Shown here piece by piece: positions 50,354 through 63,884 of a stretch of DNA of 64,000 nucleotides. The notes beneath the pieces are model-generated. The model made no database searches. It worked only from the letters and a program-made list of their open reading frames with translations, and was not told the origin of the DNA. The stretch comes from Vicugna vicugna (lineage: Eukaryota): assembly GCA_013265495.1 (NCBI GenBank), contig MU058345.1, positions 1 to 64,000 on the forward strand, written 5' to 3'. Position 1 is the first letter of the stretch, and every line of letters begins with the position of its first letter. A program made the position numbers and the translations under genes.

Positions 50354-51939
50354 CTTAGACATACCCTCGGTTTCTAGATGAAAATGCTAAGACCTAAGGA
50401 GAGGGATTTAGTCCAGGGTAACCCAGGACCCAGCCAAGCCTGGACCATAACCCAGATTCCTGACGCTAAATTGAGGATTCCTTAGTCATGCTGCAAATTC
50501 ACGTAGATGTGCAAACTTCCCAGGAAACAAAATCACCGACATTACCTCCTCCCAGTTGAAAACCTGTGATTCTCTGGGACTCATAATTAGGACCTGCTTC
50601 CGTCTAGTGGGTTAGACCTAGCTTCTGTGAATGCCGATGACTTTAGGGGAGTGAGGCAAAGCCTGCATCTGCAAAGGTCACTAGAGCAAAGCTGGAGGGA
50701 GCAAGACCAGCGCCCGGCTCCCGGGATGGGCTGGAGCAGGCACAGAGCCTCTGGTCACCAGATGTCGTGCTTCGTGGTGATGAGTGGCAACCGGAGAATC
50801 AGTATTAGTATTAAGTTAATAGTCACAGGAGGTAAGGGGCACTGAACCAGCCCTCGACTCCTCATGGTTTCACATTCAACAAACATTTACTGGCAGCTAA
50901 CTGTGAGTTGAACACTGGGGCTGGTGGTTTCATCCTGTCATTTCGCTTAACTTTCAGAATAGTCCTGTGAGATACATACAATTGTATTACCTCCACTTTA
51001 TAGATGAAAAACTTCCCCAACGACCCAGCTTGGTAACTGCAGACTCAGAGTCCATTGATCTTTGTATTTTGCCTCAGCGTTGTTTCCTGGCCCCCTTCTC
51101 CCTCTCCATTCGCTCTCCCTGGCCATTCCTCCTCTCTGCACCCTTCTCCTGGCTCACACGGGCCCCTTGTGAGCCCTGGGGACTCAAGAAAGCAGCAGCC
51201 GGCTGTAGTATGCCTTCCTATCGGTATAAGCTAGACTCTGGGTGCCCTCACGGAGAGATGCTCAGGCTGGGTTTTTGTGGCGAAGAAAACAGTGGTCCCC
51301 CTAAGCACTGATGTCAACACTTCACACTCGTGGATGGATGGGTCAAGCTTTTCAGACACCCCTGAACTACATCCCAGGTCCAGCTGTGACACATAGTTGT
51401 GTCACAATTGTATCGTGTATTCGTAGATACATGATAGCTGTGATACGTAGGTTTATATCGTTCATCCACACTACTCTGTGGTTGTTAACTCTCTGAGCCT
51501 CAGTTTCCTCATCTGTCAAGTGAAGGTGGGGTTACTCCCCGTACAGGTCGCTGTGTAAGGGTGCTCAAGAGAAACCAGCCAACAGGACACTCCTCAGTCC
51601 CTGGAAGAAAGGGATGGCGTTTGATTCCTGGTAGCCTCTTCCTATAGTCTTTCCAGAAGCATCTGTCCCTCTCACCTCCTCAGGACACCCAGGGAGGCCT
51701 TCAGTGCTCCTGTTAAGGGGCACCACACCCACAGTCCCCTGACCTGGACTCCGAGGGGCTCGCTTGACACGGTGGGGACTTACCCTTGGGAATCAACTGT
51801 CTTTTCCCTCCTGCAGTCAGACCCTAGAGGACAGTCTTCTGTGTCTTTTTTTTTCTTTTTTGAACAAGGGTCTAACATGTTGGTTACCTGGCTACAGGAA
51901 GAGAGTGAAAAGGACTGGCATTAGGAGGGAGAGATGGGT

Positions 51940-52130
51940 GGGATCCGGGAGTACGAGAGATACAGTAATACAGTAAACAAAGTGTCAGTTATACAAGGTA
52001 AGTTCTAGAGATCCGCTGTGAAACACCATACCCACTGGTAACAACGCTGTGCTGTGCACTTAAAAAATTTTTTTAAGAGAGTAGATCTCATGTTAAGTGT
52101 TCTTGCCACAACAAAAATAAACAAAGAAAA
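51940..52130 (+). mobile_element. L1MB-like 3' end
   Basis: aagttctagagatccgctgtg...aagagagtagatctcatgttaagtgttcttgccacaa plus A tail. Confidence 0.8.
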
Positions 52131-52165
52131 ACCACTGCGCTGGCAGCTGGCGTGGCTGGTGGCTC

Positions 52166-52184
52166 TGGCCAGCAGATGGCAGCA
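52166..52184 (+). promoter_or_regulatory. Candidate CTCF site
   Basis: TGGCCAGCAGATGGCAGCA closely matches the CTCF core consensus. Confidence 0.55.
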
Positions 52185-52518
52185 CCGCACCACAGACGCT
52201 GATGTGAACCTGCTCGGCCCACACCAGAGGGTCCAGCAAGGGGACCCGAGGAGCAACAGGAGGTGTGGGGTGGGTTTGGAGTAGGGAGCAGAGAGATGAG
52301 GGAGAAGCTGTGACGGGAACCCAGAGCAGGCGGGTCAGTAGGGAGACCACTACATGCAGAGACTTGGCTCTGGAATGTCACTCCCAGGATAGTCAGCAGG
52401 ATGCGGTTCGTCCGATGGGATCCCGTCCTAGTTTCAAGACCTCACCCTGTCATCTACTGGTTTGGGTGACTGTGGGCAAGTCGTTTCTCTTCTCTCAGCC
52501 TGTAACGGGAAGTCCACT

Positions 52519-52900
52519 CAGGCTGCCATAGCAACATACCACAGACTGGGGGCCTTAAACAGCAGACATTTATTTTCCCACGGTCCCGAAGGCTGGAAGT
52601 CCACGATCAAGGTGCCCTCAGAGTTGGTTCCTGCTGAGACCTCTCTTCCTGGCTCGAACAGGATGGCTTTTTGCTTTGTCCTCACGTGTCCTCTGTGCAC
52701 TTTGGGAGCAGGGGAAGTCGCTGGAGAAAGAGATCTCTCTCTTGGCTCTTGCTCTTACAAGGACAGCAGTCTTACCAGATTAGGACCCTACACTTATGAC
52801 CTCATTTAACCTTAATTATTTCCCTATCTCTAAATAAAGTCACACTGGGGGCTAGGATTCCAACCCACAGATTTGGGGGAACAGAATTCAGTCCATAACA
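52519..52900 (-). mobile_element. MLT1A-like MaLR LTR
   Basis: ggctgccatagcaacataccacagactggg...ggctggaagtccacgatcaaggtg...cagtccataaca. Confidence 0.85.
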
Positions 52901-55214
52901 GAAGCTGACAAGAAAACCTATTTGACGTGGTTGTTATGGGAATCACATAAAAATAAATATGATAATAAACCATATGATTCCATCCACTCTAGGCAGTGAC
53001 TAGAGACCTGGTTAAATTCCCTATGGCCCAGAGGGGTTTCAGGAAGGAAAGAGAACCCTGTGTGATGAATGATCATGGTCTTTCTTCTCTCTTAACTCAT
53101 CTCAGGGAAGCCCAGCCTTCCTCTGACTGAAAGATGAGATGTTCAACATCCTCCACCTTCTGCTTGAGCATCATAGCAAGACTGCCTAAGACTAGACTTT
53201 AGGAAGGACTTCCTGACGGACAAGATGGCATTAGGTGGAAGGTGGGAGAGTGTAAATTGTCTCCTTCTTCATCGCACTGGAGATCTATAAACAGGGAAAA
53301 CTGTCTTGCTGAAGTCTTTGCTGTCTATCTGGGCAAAACGGCATTGATACGAAGGAAGGAGACCTCATTCAGGAGGACTCAACCTCGAATTGAAGGAGGT
53401 TAGGATTTAGGAAACAGATAATCCCCTCAAGATCAGGACCCTGGGAAACACATTTGGAACCTGTAGGGTCTTGCTGGAAGGTTCTGGGTGGGACAGGTGA
53501 GGCTTGGGAAGGGTCTTCAATAAAAGTGTAGAGCACAGTGCTTGAACTTGGGTCTCCCTCCACTCGCTTCCTCTCCAGTGAATCCACCCAAGAACACTTC
53601 TCCATCCCAACATGAGCTCCTCTCTCTGCTTCTGGTGCCAGTTAGAAACTCAAAAAAACTTAGAGACTGGCCATGTCTTTGGGAACTGGGGAAGATGTGA
53701 GAGGAAGAGGGAAGCCGAGGTGGGATGCTGAGGAAGTCACATCACATATGATCATCCTCATTATTATCATCCTCAACAGCAGTCCACATTTTTTAACCCC
53801 TTGGGGGGCAGGCTGTGGGCTAGCTAGAGTGGGGGCCATGTTCAGTTTTGCTGAGTGCTGGCCCAAAGGGGACACCTAGGATAGCCAGGGAGACAAAGCA
53901 ATCAATGGCATGGATGTACTTAACATTTGCATGGCACCTTGTAGGTCTCCAAGAACTTGGGTAAGCATGGCTTAGGTAGTGTGGGAAGGCTCCATGCAGG
54001 AGGTGACTTTGAGCTGAAAATTGAATGAAAAATAAGTTAGACAAGCAAATAGAAGGGCAATGCAGGCAGGAGGAATGCTGTGAGCAAATGTGTGGGGAAC
54101 AGATAAGACAAGCCTTGGGCCCCCATGGCCAGTGTGGAGATAAGAAAGGGAGGAATGCGTGATTAGCCTGGGAAGAAACTGGGGACAGTTCTTGGAGGGT
54201 CTTGAGTGTCAGGTGGGGGCATTTAGATTTCCCCATCAGGCCCTCGAGGGCTCCTGAAGCTGGGGTTTGTCCCCCTCTGCCTGGGGCTAAGACCTAACAT
54301 TTTCAGAACAGTCTCTACACACTTATTTCCTCCCTTCACTGCCTCCCCAAAGATGAGACAAAGGCCTGACAGCCTTCCATATTGCAACATCAGTTTGACT
54401 TAGAAGAAATCACTGAGGCCTAGATGCCTTCCTCCTGGATCCAGAAGGCCCAGCCCATATCTGGGGAGAGGGCCCTCAGCACTCTCTCCCTCCCCCAGTC
54501 TTCCCATTCCTGTTCCCCCTGCTATGTACTCACGTGAGATCATAAGTCACAGCACCATAAACCACTCCAGGATGTGTAATAAGTGAATTATTTACCAATG
54601 ACCCTGGCTAAATGTTCAGAGGGAGAAATGATTAAGCCTCAGATCTGTCAAAAAGTTCTCATAAATAAGTAATTCTGTGCCGCCTTAATGGGCTTTGTAA
54701 ATTACTCATTCGTGCCATTGCAGGATCGCTCTCAGGGGTAAGTTCCTCACACCTGCTGGCTGACTGCTGCGGTCTGGGCAGGACAGGACGAATTCTGCTA
54801 GCCAGCTGGGCAGATGCCCAGGTGCCAGGCCACCTGGCAGAGTCCCCAGGGATGAGGTGCCTGGAACGAACTCACCCTCCTGTGTCACCTCACAAGAATG
54901 TGGGGTCAGAGGTGGACTGGCCTTCTTGGCCACCTGGAGGTTTGTCCTGCAGGGTAACTGCAGCTCCAGTGCCCAGGGCTCTTGTCCTACAGACATTCTC
55001 CCAGCAAGCACGCTCTTAGCACCTCCCATGTCCCAGGCTCTGTGCTGAGAAACCAAAAACACAGACGTGTGCCCTGGGAGTTCAACCTAACGATGAAGAC
55101 AAGAATGCACATACAGTGTGATCAGTGCCACTGGATCGAGTCCCCTGGAGAAATATCTCACACAGCTGGAAACACTGGAGAAGATGCCAAAGTGTGGAGT
55201 TTAAGAGTATTCAC

Positions 55215-55530
55215 TGGGCCCGAGAGGCCTGGTTCCAACTCAGTCAAGAAGGGCTGTGCTAACAAACAGCCCTACAGCCTCAGGGTCGGACAACCACAAA
55301 GACTTACTGCAGCTCAGCTGAGGGCTCTGCTCCACCCCCGCCGTCATCCTGCCCCCAGGACCCAGGCTGATGGGATGGCACCACCGGGGACAGTGCCGGC
55401 TGCTGTGGCCCAGGAAAAAGAGAACGTGGCAGAGCACACCCTGGCTCCTGGAGCTGCTGGCTGGAAGGGTCACTTCTCCTCCCGTTCCACCGGCCAGAGC
55501 AAGTCATATAGTTGTGCTCCAGTTCCACTG
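55215..55530 (-). mobile_element. Old MLT1 fragment
   Basis: caggacccaggctgatgg...gtcacttc...ggccagagcaagtcatatag. Confidence 0.55.
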
Positions 55531-58341
55531 AGGCAACTTGGAGAAAGAAAGACAGAAAGAGAAAGAAAGAGAAAGGCAGGAAGAGAAAGGGAGGGGGCAG
55601 ACACAGAGACTGAGAGAGCGAGAGAAGTCTTTGTGAACAGCCCTAAGGCTTACCCGAGTGCAAATTCGGACTCTGAATGGACCAGCCGTGCAGCCATGGG
55701 CAAGTTCCTAAACTTCTTTATCTTTCAATTTCTTCAGCTATGAAATGGGGGTAATAGTAGTTAGGTACTAGTTTTGGGGGAACTAAGTGAGATCACGCAC
55801 GTTATACCCTTAGCACTGTGCCTGGCACATGGTAAGTGCTTGGCGGCTTGGGTGGCTTTTGTTGTTACGGTTCCCGCTAACACTGGTAATACTAGTATTA
55901 GCAGCAGCAGCATCCTAGTAGAAGTGGACATGGACGCTGAACATTGAGGAGTGTTCACACAGTGAAGAGTCACACCTGTGAACACACACGCACAGACACA
56001 TACACGCACACTCACTTTCACGGGTGAGCTTCCTCTGGGGCCACGACATCCTCCCAGCACCCGCTCGCCATCACCACCAACACCACCTTCGGCCGGAAGC
56101 AGACGGCGGTGACAGTGGAGCATCCACCCTGAGCCGCTGTGCCACCGTCTTCCGTCCTCTCCACACACACTCTAAGCTTTTGCCTCGTACAGGTCACTCA
56201 CCCACTCCAGGCCTCAGGTACCTACTTCACTGCAAATCCATAGCAACAAGAGCATCTAAAGCCCCAAGAGCTGGGCCAGATGGTCTCTTGAGCTTCCCTT
56301 CCATGCCCAGGCCTTCGATTCTCCTCTCCAACTGCCGCCACCCCCAAGCCTGGCAGCCCCCTGGACCACCTACCTCCCTGGCTCAGGCCTGGGTTCCCGG
56401 TGGCCCGGGAAGAAGGGGAGGAGCATCAGATGTGACATGGGCGTCCTCTGCCTTCCTGGAGGCCAGGGAGACATCTGTTCCCACGGCTCTCGCGTCAGCC
56501 CAACACATGTGTGCCCAGGGAACAGGGGGAGAGATGGTGTAAATCGGCTTGTTTTTCTGAGTGTTTCAAGCTGACTGGTAGAGACCCAAGCCCACAGTTG
56601 GGAGGCAGGCCCTGAACTGTCGCCGACCGCCACGGCTCTGTGCCTCCTTCAGCTTCCACGGGGACCACGAGGCTTCATGAACTGCCTGTTGTTTAGCTCA
56701 TCGAGGGTACCATTCTGGGTCCACAGGTCACGGCCTTGCCCACTCTGCCTGAGCAAGCCCCGGCAGCCTTGAGACTTTACGTTCTGCTCTAGAACAGAGG
56801 ACGTGATTTCCCATCTTTCGTAATCCAGCCGACTCACACCTACTTACAGCCCGGCAGGCTTTCAGCGCACAGGACCATCAGTCAATTAATTCTTTATTCG
56901 GTTCATTCCACCGCAAGTCCCTCCCCTGAACCAGGGCTGAGCTGGGAGAGGCGGGGGCTCAGACATCTCTGCGGTGCGGGCTGTGCCTCCTGGCAATGTG
57001 CCGCCAGTTGGGGGTAATAAGACATGGGTATTGGGAAATGATATAAATCAAAGGTCCTACAGGTGTCAAGGGTCAGTAGAAGAATGACAGCCCTCTCTCT
57101 GATCACAAGCAGCAGGTAAAGGAGAGGCTGTGACCTCAGAAGATTCCCCACCCACTTTCCAGCCCTGTGGGCATGGTCCTGGGCTTGGAGATAGCAGGCA
57201 CTTTAGGGCAATCAGGGTCTGAACACTGAGCAGAAGTGAACTGGAAGGAGGGGAGACAGGAGAGGGCGAGAATGATGCTGTCAGTCAGGTGCCCGTCTGC
57301 GTACCCCTCGCGTGCAAGGGAGATCCAGGCCTAGGGGGACAGGGATAAAGATGGGGAAATGGACAACTTTTTGCTTCTCTCATGAACTACTTCTCACTTT
57401 AAAATCAGAACAAATATTTGTTGCTTATCTAGTATGTGTCATGCACCAGGTTAGACACTTTTGTTCTATGATCTATGGATGTGTGTTGTAAACCCTACTT
57501 CCCAGATAAACAAAATGAGGCTCAAAGAAGGAACTGACTCACACATCGACGAGTGTGGAAGCAGGACACACAATCAGGTCTTCTGAATCCTGCCTCCAGG
57601 ACTTTGCAGCTTCCCTTACAACCATCCTCTGTAGGTGATCACGGTAAACCTCTTAAAACACTCATCACGTTGTTTTGTTCATCAGCCTAAAACCCATCAA
57701 TGGCTCTCAGTCCCCAGAATGAAGCCAAAATCCTCAGTATGACGTACAAGTCGCTCCAGGTCCGGCTAGCGATGTCATCAGTCTTACAGTCCATCAATCC
57801 CTGTATCACTGACTGCACCCAGTGATCAGAAGAGCTAGTTTGCCAAGCGTCTACCATGTACGGGACACTGTTACAAGCACTTCGCCTGTACCGTCTGTTT
57901 CACCCTCATGACACCCTCCTGAGGCTGATACTTTGTATCCTCACTTGATGGGTAAGGAAAGGTTCACAGAGTGGCTGAGTAGTTTGCCCAAGGCCACATA
58001 CTTTGCAGTCTGGGAGTCACACCCAGGTGGTCCAGTTCTAGAACAGCAGTGCTGATCTCTTTGTGATTCCCACAGCCAACAAGCTGTTCCGGGCTTCTAT
58101 GATTTGACTAATATTCTTCCTTTTATCTGAAATATCATTTCCTTCTTTCTTCCTCTGGATAAAAATCACTTATCTGTTAAAACTTGGTGTAGGGCTTCTT
58201 TTCAAAGTTTTTTTTCCCCCTAAATTAAGTTAGAGCTTTTAAATTTTTCTAGGGTGTATTGCTATGGAACCAAGTGAACATCTCCATGTTATGACTTCCG
58301 CTCATGTTTGTCTCCCCTTTTAGATTTAAAGCAACTTGAGT

Positions 58342-58445
58342 TGGGGAGGATAGCTCAGTGGTAGAGTACGTGCTTAGCATGCACGAGGTCCTGGGTTCAA
58401 TCCCTGGTACCTTCTCTAAAAATAAATACACCTAATTACCTCCCA
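58342..58445 (+). mobile_element. tRNA-Ala-derived SINE (vic-1-like)
   Basis: ggggaggatagctcagtggtagagtacgtgcttagcatgcacgaggtcctgggttcaatcc followed by the SINE tail ctaattacctccc. Confidence 0.88.
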
Positions 58446-59763
58446 CAGCTGACCACTCCTTCCTCCTAGAAATTCCTACTTTCCTGGCTTCCAGGACACC
58501 CCGTCTTCTTGTGTTTCTCTTGACTCTCCTTCCAAGTTTCTTTTGCTTGTTCCTTCTCATCTCCCTGACCTCTAAACATCGGAGTGTCCTCAATTTCTAT
58601 CTTTTGAGCTCTTCCTTTTCCTTTTCTACACCCACTCACGTCTTAGGTGATCTCATCCCGTCTCACGGCTTTAAATACCATCTATATGCTAATGACTCCC
58701 AAATTTATACCTCCTGTTCAGAATACTCTCTCCTGAATTCTAGATTCCATTACCCAGCTATTTACTGGCTGTGTCCACTTGGCTGTCTAATACACGCCTC
58801 AGACTTCACATATCCAAAACCGAGCTCCTGATCGTCCCTGTGCCCTCCACCCTCCCCTACCAAGACCTGCCCCTTCTGTGTTCTGCTCTGTCTCAGGAAA
58901 TGACAGTGCCTCCCTCTTCCAGCCGCTCAGGTCCTGACCGGCATCACTGCATCTACCGTTCCTCTCACACCTCACAGCTAATCCATCAGTGAACCCTGTC
59001 CATTCTACCTGCAAAGTCAATCCAGACTGCAACCTCTTCTCCCCGCCACACCCCCCACCACCGCCTCACCCTTCACAGCTCTCACCTTGGTCCAAACCAC
59101 TCTTACTTGACTGTTGGGCCGTGCCCCACCCCCCAACCGCCAACCTGGCCTGCCTGCTTCTGCCTGTTTCCCGTAGCTGCCAAAACGTTCCTGTGAAAAC
59201 ATGTCAGGCCGTATCGTTATCATTCCTCTGCTCAAAACCTTCCACAGGCAGCACAGTACATCATACCAATGTTGCTCGGAATCTTTGCAATGATCTCTAA
59301 GGCCTTTTTGACCTCTACCTGTCTGTCCTTTACTATTCCTCTCGCCCTCCCTGCTCACCTTACTCTCTCCTCTCTTGGCTGCTCCTCAGACACGCTGGAC
59401 ATGCTCCCACCTCACAGCCTTTGCATTTGCTGTGCCCTCTCTAGAAGGCTTTCCCCAGACTTCTGCATGTTTAACTCCCTCACTGCCTACAGTTCTTTCT
59501 TAAATGTCAACTTTTTGATGAGTATTTCCCAGGCAACCCTCTTCTAACATTTTCTATTCCTTTTTTCTGCTTTATTTATCTCCTTAGTTATATCTAATAT
59601 AAATATATATATATATATAAAACTCATTTATAATTTTCCTTTCATGAAGGCAGAAATTTTGGGGTTTTGTTTCATGTTAATTGCTGCTGTTTCTCCAATG
59701 GCTCGTACAATACTTAGCACATAGTAGGCACTCAATAAATGCTAGGTGAATGAATGAATGAAT
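58445..59763 (+). mobile_element. L2a (ORF2 remnant and 3' end)
   Basis: HGFKYHLYANDSQIY (L2 RT YADD-like) at ~58665-58710; ends tagtaggcactcaataaatg...(aatg)n. Confidence 0.88.
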
Positions 59764-62069
59764 CTTTGTAACCCTAGCACCTAAACAAGCATTTATAAAA
59801 CCGAACAAGTCCTCCAAAATCCACCATACAGCGGTGCTTCTGGCAGCAAGCACTGCACATTTTCAAAGCATCAGATGCCACTCCATTCACATGTAAATAC
59901 AGAAACACAGCCCTGAGCCAAAGGGAAATTACTTCTGTGTTCTCCTATATGTGTGGACTGCCTATGCCTCTGTCCCATCTATCAGAGGGGAGAACAGACA
60001 GTTGACGGGAACGGAGTTCACTTACAAATGGAAGAAACGACTTGAAAACCAGCTACTTGATGAGCAAAGTTCTGGAAAATGCTCTCGTCAAAAGGGAGAG
60101 AGGCAGTTTCTTGCTCACCTGGGAGGAAATTTCTGGTTTATTGTGTTTCTCTCCAAAGTTATGGCTTTCCAATCCTGCCAGAAGCCACCAAGGGAGCACT
60201 GCCTTTCAGAGTGGGGCTTCCAATTCTGAAAAATTAATTTTAAATAGAGACACATTACACTTCCCCACAGAGCCCTTAGCGGAAAAGTGCTACTTACACT
60301 CCACTTGGCTGCCAAGCCTGCTCGGGCTGGGGGACTGTCGGTGGGTGGCTCTTTGTCCCACTAACTGATCCCCACAGACCCAGCCTGGCTCCCAGCCCCT
60401 CCGCCCTTCCAGACTCCCTGCACACACACCTGGCTTCTCTCTCAGATGACTGGCGCTCCCCATCAGCCGCTTAAATCCCACAGGTACTTACTGACTGCCC
60501 GCTTTGCACCCTGCACTGCTCTAGGTGCTGGGAGAGGGCACGAAGACAGAATGCATGTTCCGTCATTTCATTCATTAGAATTGGAGATGATAGACCATAG
60601 GACCCGTCAAGATCCTCCATCCTCTTCATTGGCTCACGTTGAGGGCAGGCACTGAGCTGAGCACCGTGGACAAGGCAGCGGACACGATGTGTGTCTGTAT
60701 TAAACAGACTGAATACTAAGAAAAGGCTTTTGAGGTGAAGCAAGCCAAGAGGCAGTTTGCTGTAGCAGCAATAACACATCACTGGGATGGATTCTGACGA
60801 TCGGGTTCATCGTTTCACCACGGCTGTGTCTATGCTGCAGACCAGTTTCCTTGGTTTCCTCATCTGTAAAATGGAGATAATAATAACCCTCCTGCCTACT
60901 CCACAGGGCTATCATTTACGGGAGTGAACGGGTCATTATTTAAATTGCTGTTGCTCCTAGCAGACCCTCTGTTCTGCTGCTGATGCTAAACACATTTTTC
61001 TGGGAAGGGGGAGGCCAGTGTGAGCTCCCCAGGAAGGCTTCTCGGAGGAGACAGAAGTTGGAGCCTGGGCTGTCGCATTCTCATCCTAATTATTCCTGTT
61101 TAGAGCCTGATCTTTGACCACAGCAGCCAGTGAACTCGCTACGCCACAGGTCTGCTGTTTAATATCTTCATTACAACACAGATCACTCCCTGGTTCCAGC
61201 CATCAAACGCCCCCTTCGCCTGCAAGGTAAAATCCAAATACCTCTAAGGACGTCTGTGGTGCTGGGAAGTCCTCTCCAGTCCCAGTTCCTCTTCACACAC
61301 CTTGCATTCTAGCCATGCCGACTTTCTCAAGATGCCCTGTGCTCACACATTTAGACCTGCACGTGCTGTTCTTTCCCAGAGAAGCACAACCAACTCGTCT
61401 ATTCACCCACCTCACATCTAGTCGATCTTTAAGACCTGGCTTAAGAGCCACCTCCTCCAGGAGGCCTTCCCTGACCCCCAAGTTGGGTTTCTTGTGCTTC
61501 CTCCGTTACCCCGCGGTGCCCTGCACGGACATCTACCTCTAGCCCAGCGCTCACCGTAGTGCTTTGTTATTCCTTGCACATCTGCTCCTCTAGTCTGCAA
61601 ATTTCTCAAGGGCCTGGAAAGTGCTTTCCACCGCTGCATCGCTAGAGCACACAGAAGTCTCTCAAAGAAATAATTGCTAACTGAAAATATGAGCAATGGA
61701 AGAGAGCAGACTCAGTGGAGAGAAATGAAAAAAGGGCCTTCCAGGCAGGGTGGCCAGAAGAAATAAAGGCCCCAGAGCTGGCATAGGGTGATGGGGGCTG
61801 GGTGGAAGAGTTATAAGCAGGCTGGTGGGTCCAGAGCCCCTGCTCTAAGGGATGACTCGGAAGCAGGGCTGGGAGGCCTGGTAGGGCCAGTTGAGGAGGC
61901 TGGGAATGCTGGACCTGGCCCTACAGGAGATGCTATAATGTGGTCTGATGAAGCAGCGGTATTCTGAGACATTCAGTCCAAGGAGGGAAGGGATGGGACC
62001 TGGGAGCCTGGCCTGTGTGCAGAAAGGGTGTCTGGAGAAAAGACTTGGCTGGCTGGTACTGGGAAGGAG

Positions 62070-62596
62070 TGGATTTGGCAGTGACGAGGGCAGATAAGAC
62101 ACAAACTTGGTGGAGGGATTTTGCAGATGTAATTAAGGCCTCAAGTCAGTTGATTCTGAATTAATTAAAAGGCAGATTATCCTGGGTGAGGCTGCTTAAT
62201 CAGATAAAAACCCTTAAAAGAGAAACTGGACCTTCACGGAAAGCAGAGACTCAAAGTAGCAGAAGCAATCTCCTGCTGGCCTCAGAGACGCTTCCTAGTG
62301 CGAGAAGCCGGCTTCCAGGAGCTGAGCGCTTCCGTCCCACAACCAAGAGGAGCTGAGTGGAGAACCCCTTCACGTGTCCGTGCCCCAGCCCCACAGAACT
62401 CCCGGTCCACGCTCCCTGCATCCCAGCCTCCAGACCCACTGGGTTAGTAACTACCTTCCTCCCCGCATTACCTTATTCCAGTTTCCATGACTTTTTTTCT
62501 GCCCAGACTGCTGATCTACAGAACCGTGAGTAAATAAATGTGTGTTTAAAACTGCCAAATGTATGGTATTTGGTTACATGAAATAGATAACTAACA
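62070..62596 (+). mobile_element. MLT1D-like MaLR LTR
   Basis: gattttgcagatgtaattaagg...gatctacagaaccgtgagtaaataaatgtgtgtttaaa...atagataactaaca. Confidence 0.8.
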
Positions 62597-63309
62597 GAGA
62601 GAGAGAAAAAAAATGACCTATAAACTTTACTTCTAATCTTAGCCCCTTTCTCAGGGACATACTCATCTAAGGGGTCTTGAACCAACAAAGAAGCATCAAA
62701 GAAATGTGTCCAGTGTGAGCTTCCTTCCGCAGGGTCTTTTTCATATAGAAGATGACACAGAGCAGAGCAGCCACATCTCTCCCATTAGCCTGAAACACCC
62801 CCTAGGCCAGCAGCCACACCCCCCACCACCTACGGATGCTTCCTGCCCACCCTCCTGCCGTCCCTGCAGGCCCTTAATTTCTCAGGTATCAGGAGACCTT
62901 AGTTGAATAAGGTTTTCAAGCCTCTCCTCTCAAGAGAACAGGCATTGCAAACAACTCAAGGGAACCTCTATAGGGGTTTTGTTAAATAAATCATGTTACA
63001 TCCACATAATGAAGTACTATGCAGCTATTAAAGTAAAAAGGGAAGCCAACTGTATAACAACAGGGAAAATCTCCTGGATATATTGATAGGTGAAAAAGCA
63101 AAAATGAACATACTACCTTTTGTCTAAGAAAGGACTATAAAGGCATGCATTTGTATGGGCTGTGGGAGGACTGAGAAGACACAGCAAAAGCTAATTAATG
63201 CAGTTCCTTGTAAGAGGTGGAACGGGGAGGCAGGGGAGATGGGTGGATGAAAATGGTAGAAATGAGACAACTGAATATATTCCTTTTTGTATCATTTTTT
63301 TAACCTTTG

Positions 63310-63510
63310 AAGGTTATTTAAAAGTACTGGGCAAGGAAAAAATTTTTTTCTGTTTCTTTAATGTTGTACCTTTATGAGATGATGGATTTTCATTAAATCG
63401 TTTGCGACCATCATGTCATGATGTACGTGAGTCAAATCATTATGTTGTACGCCTTAAAATTATACGGTGTTGTATGTCAAATATCTCTCAAAAAAAGGAA
63501 AAAAAAAAAC
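63310..63510 (+). mobile_element. L1MB-like 3' end
   Basis: gtcaaatcattatgttgtacgccttaaaattatacggtgttgtatgtcaaatatctctc plus A tail. Confidence 0.75.
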
Positions 63511-63884
63511 ACCCAACCTGGGAAATAAATAAATAAAGGTACTGAAGCATTTTGAGGGGAAGAGATTCCTAAAGGACCAAAGGAACTAAGGAGCTATGAT
63601 CCTGTAATAGGCAGCCCCCGAATCACAATGAAAGAAGCCAGAGGTCAGATTTGATTTTGCAACCAAGAAAGTGATATCTCTATGTGCTAGTTCTGTTCGC
63701 CAAGTAACCTGGGCCTGTGTGACCAGGTACTTCTAAGAGGTCCTGAATGTGTGAGGGGGAAATGAAGGAGGCGTTAGGATGTTTGTGGGGCTGTATGTGG
63801 GGATGTCACAGTGTCCAGTCTAGGGCAACTCCAGATAACCCTGTTATCTGCAGGATTTGGTGGCAGACTGGTCAGGACATGGAA

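Noticed and set aside
54982..55743. Longest ORF (253 aa)
   Set aside because: Runs through L2/MLT1/AG-rich/MIR-like sequence, starts at a non-ATG codon and has no recognisable domain.
58342..58414. tRNA-Ala(AGC) gene (also at ~39050 and ~48715)
   Set aside because: Mismatched acceptor stems, A-rich SINE tails, TSDs on several copies and many diverged copies indicate SINEs.
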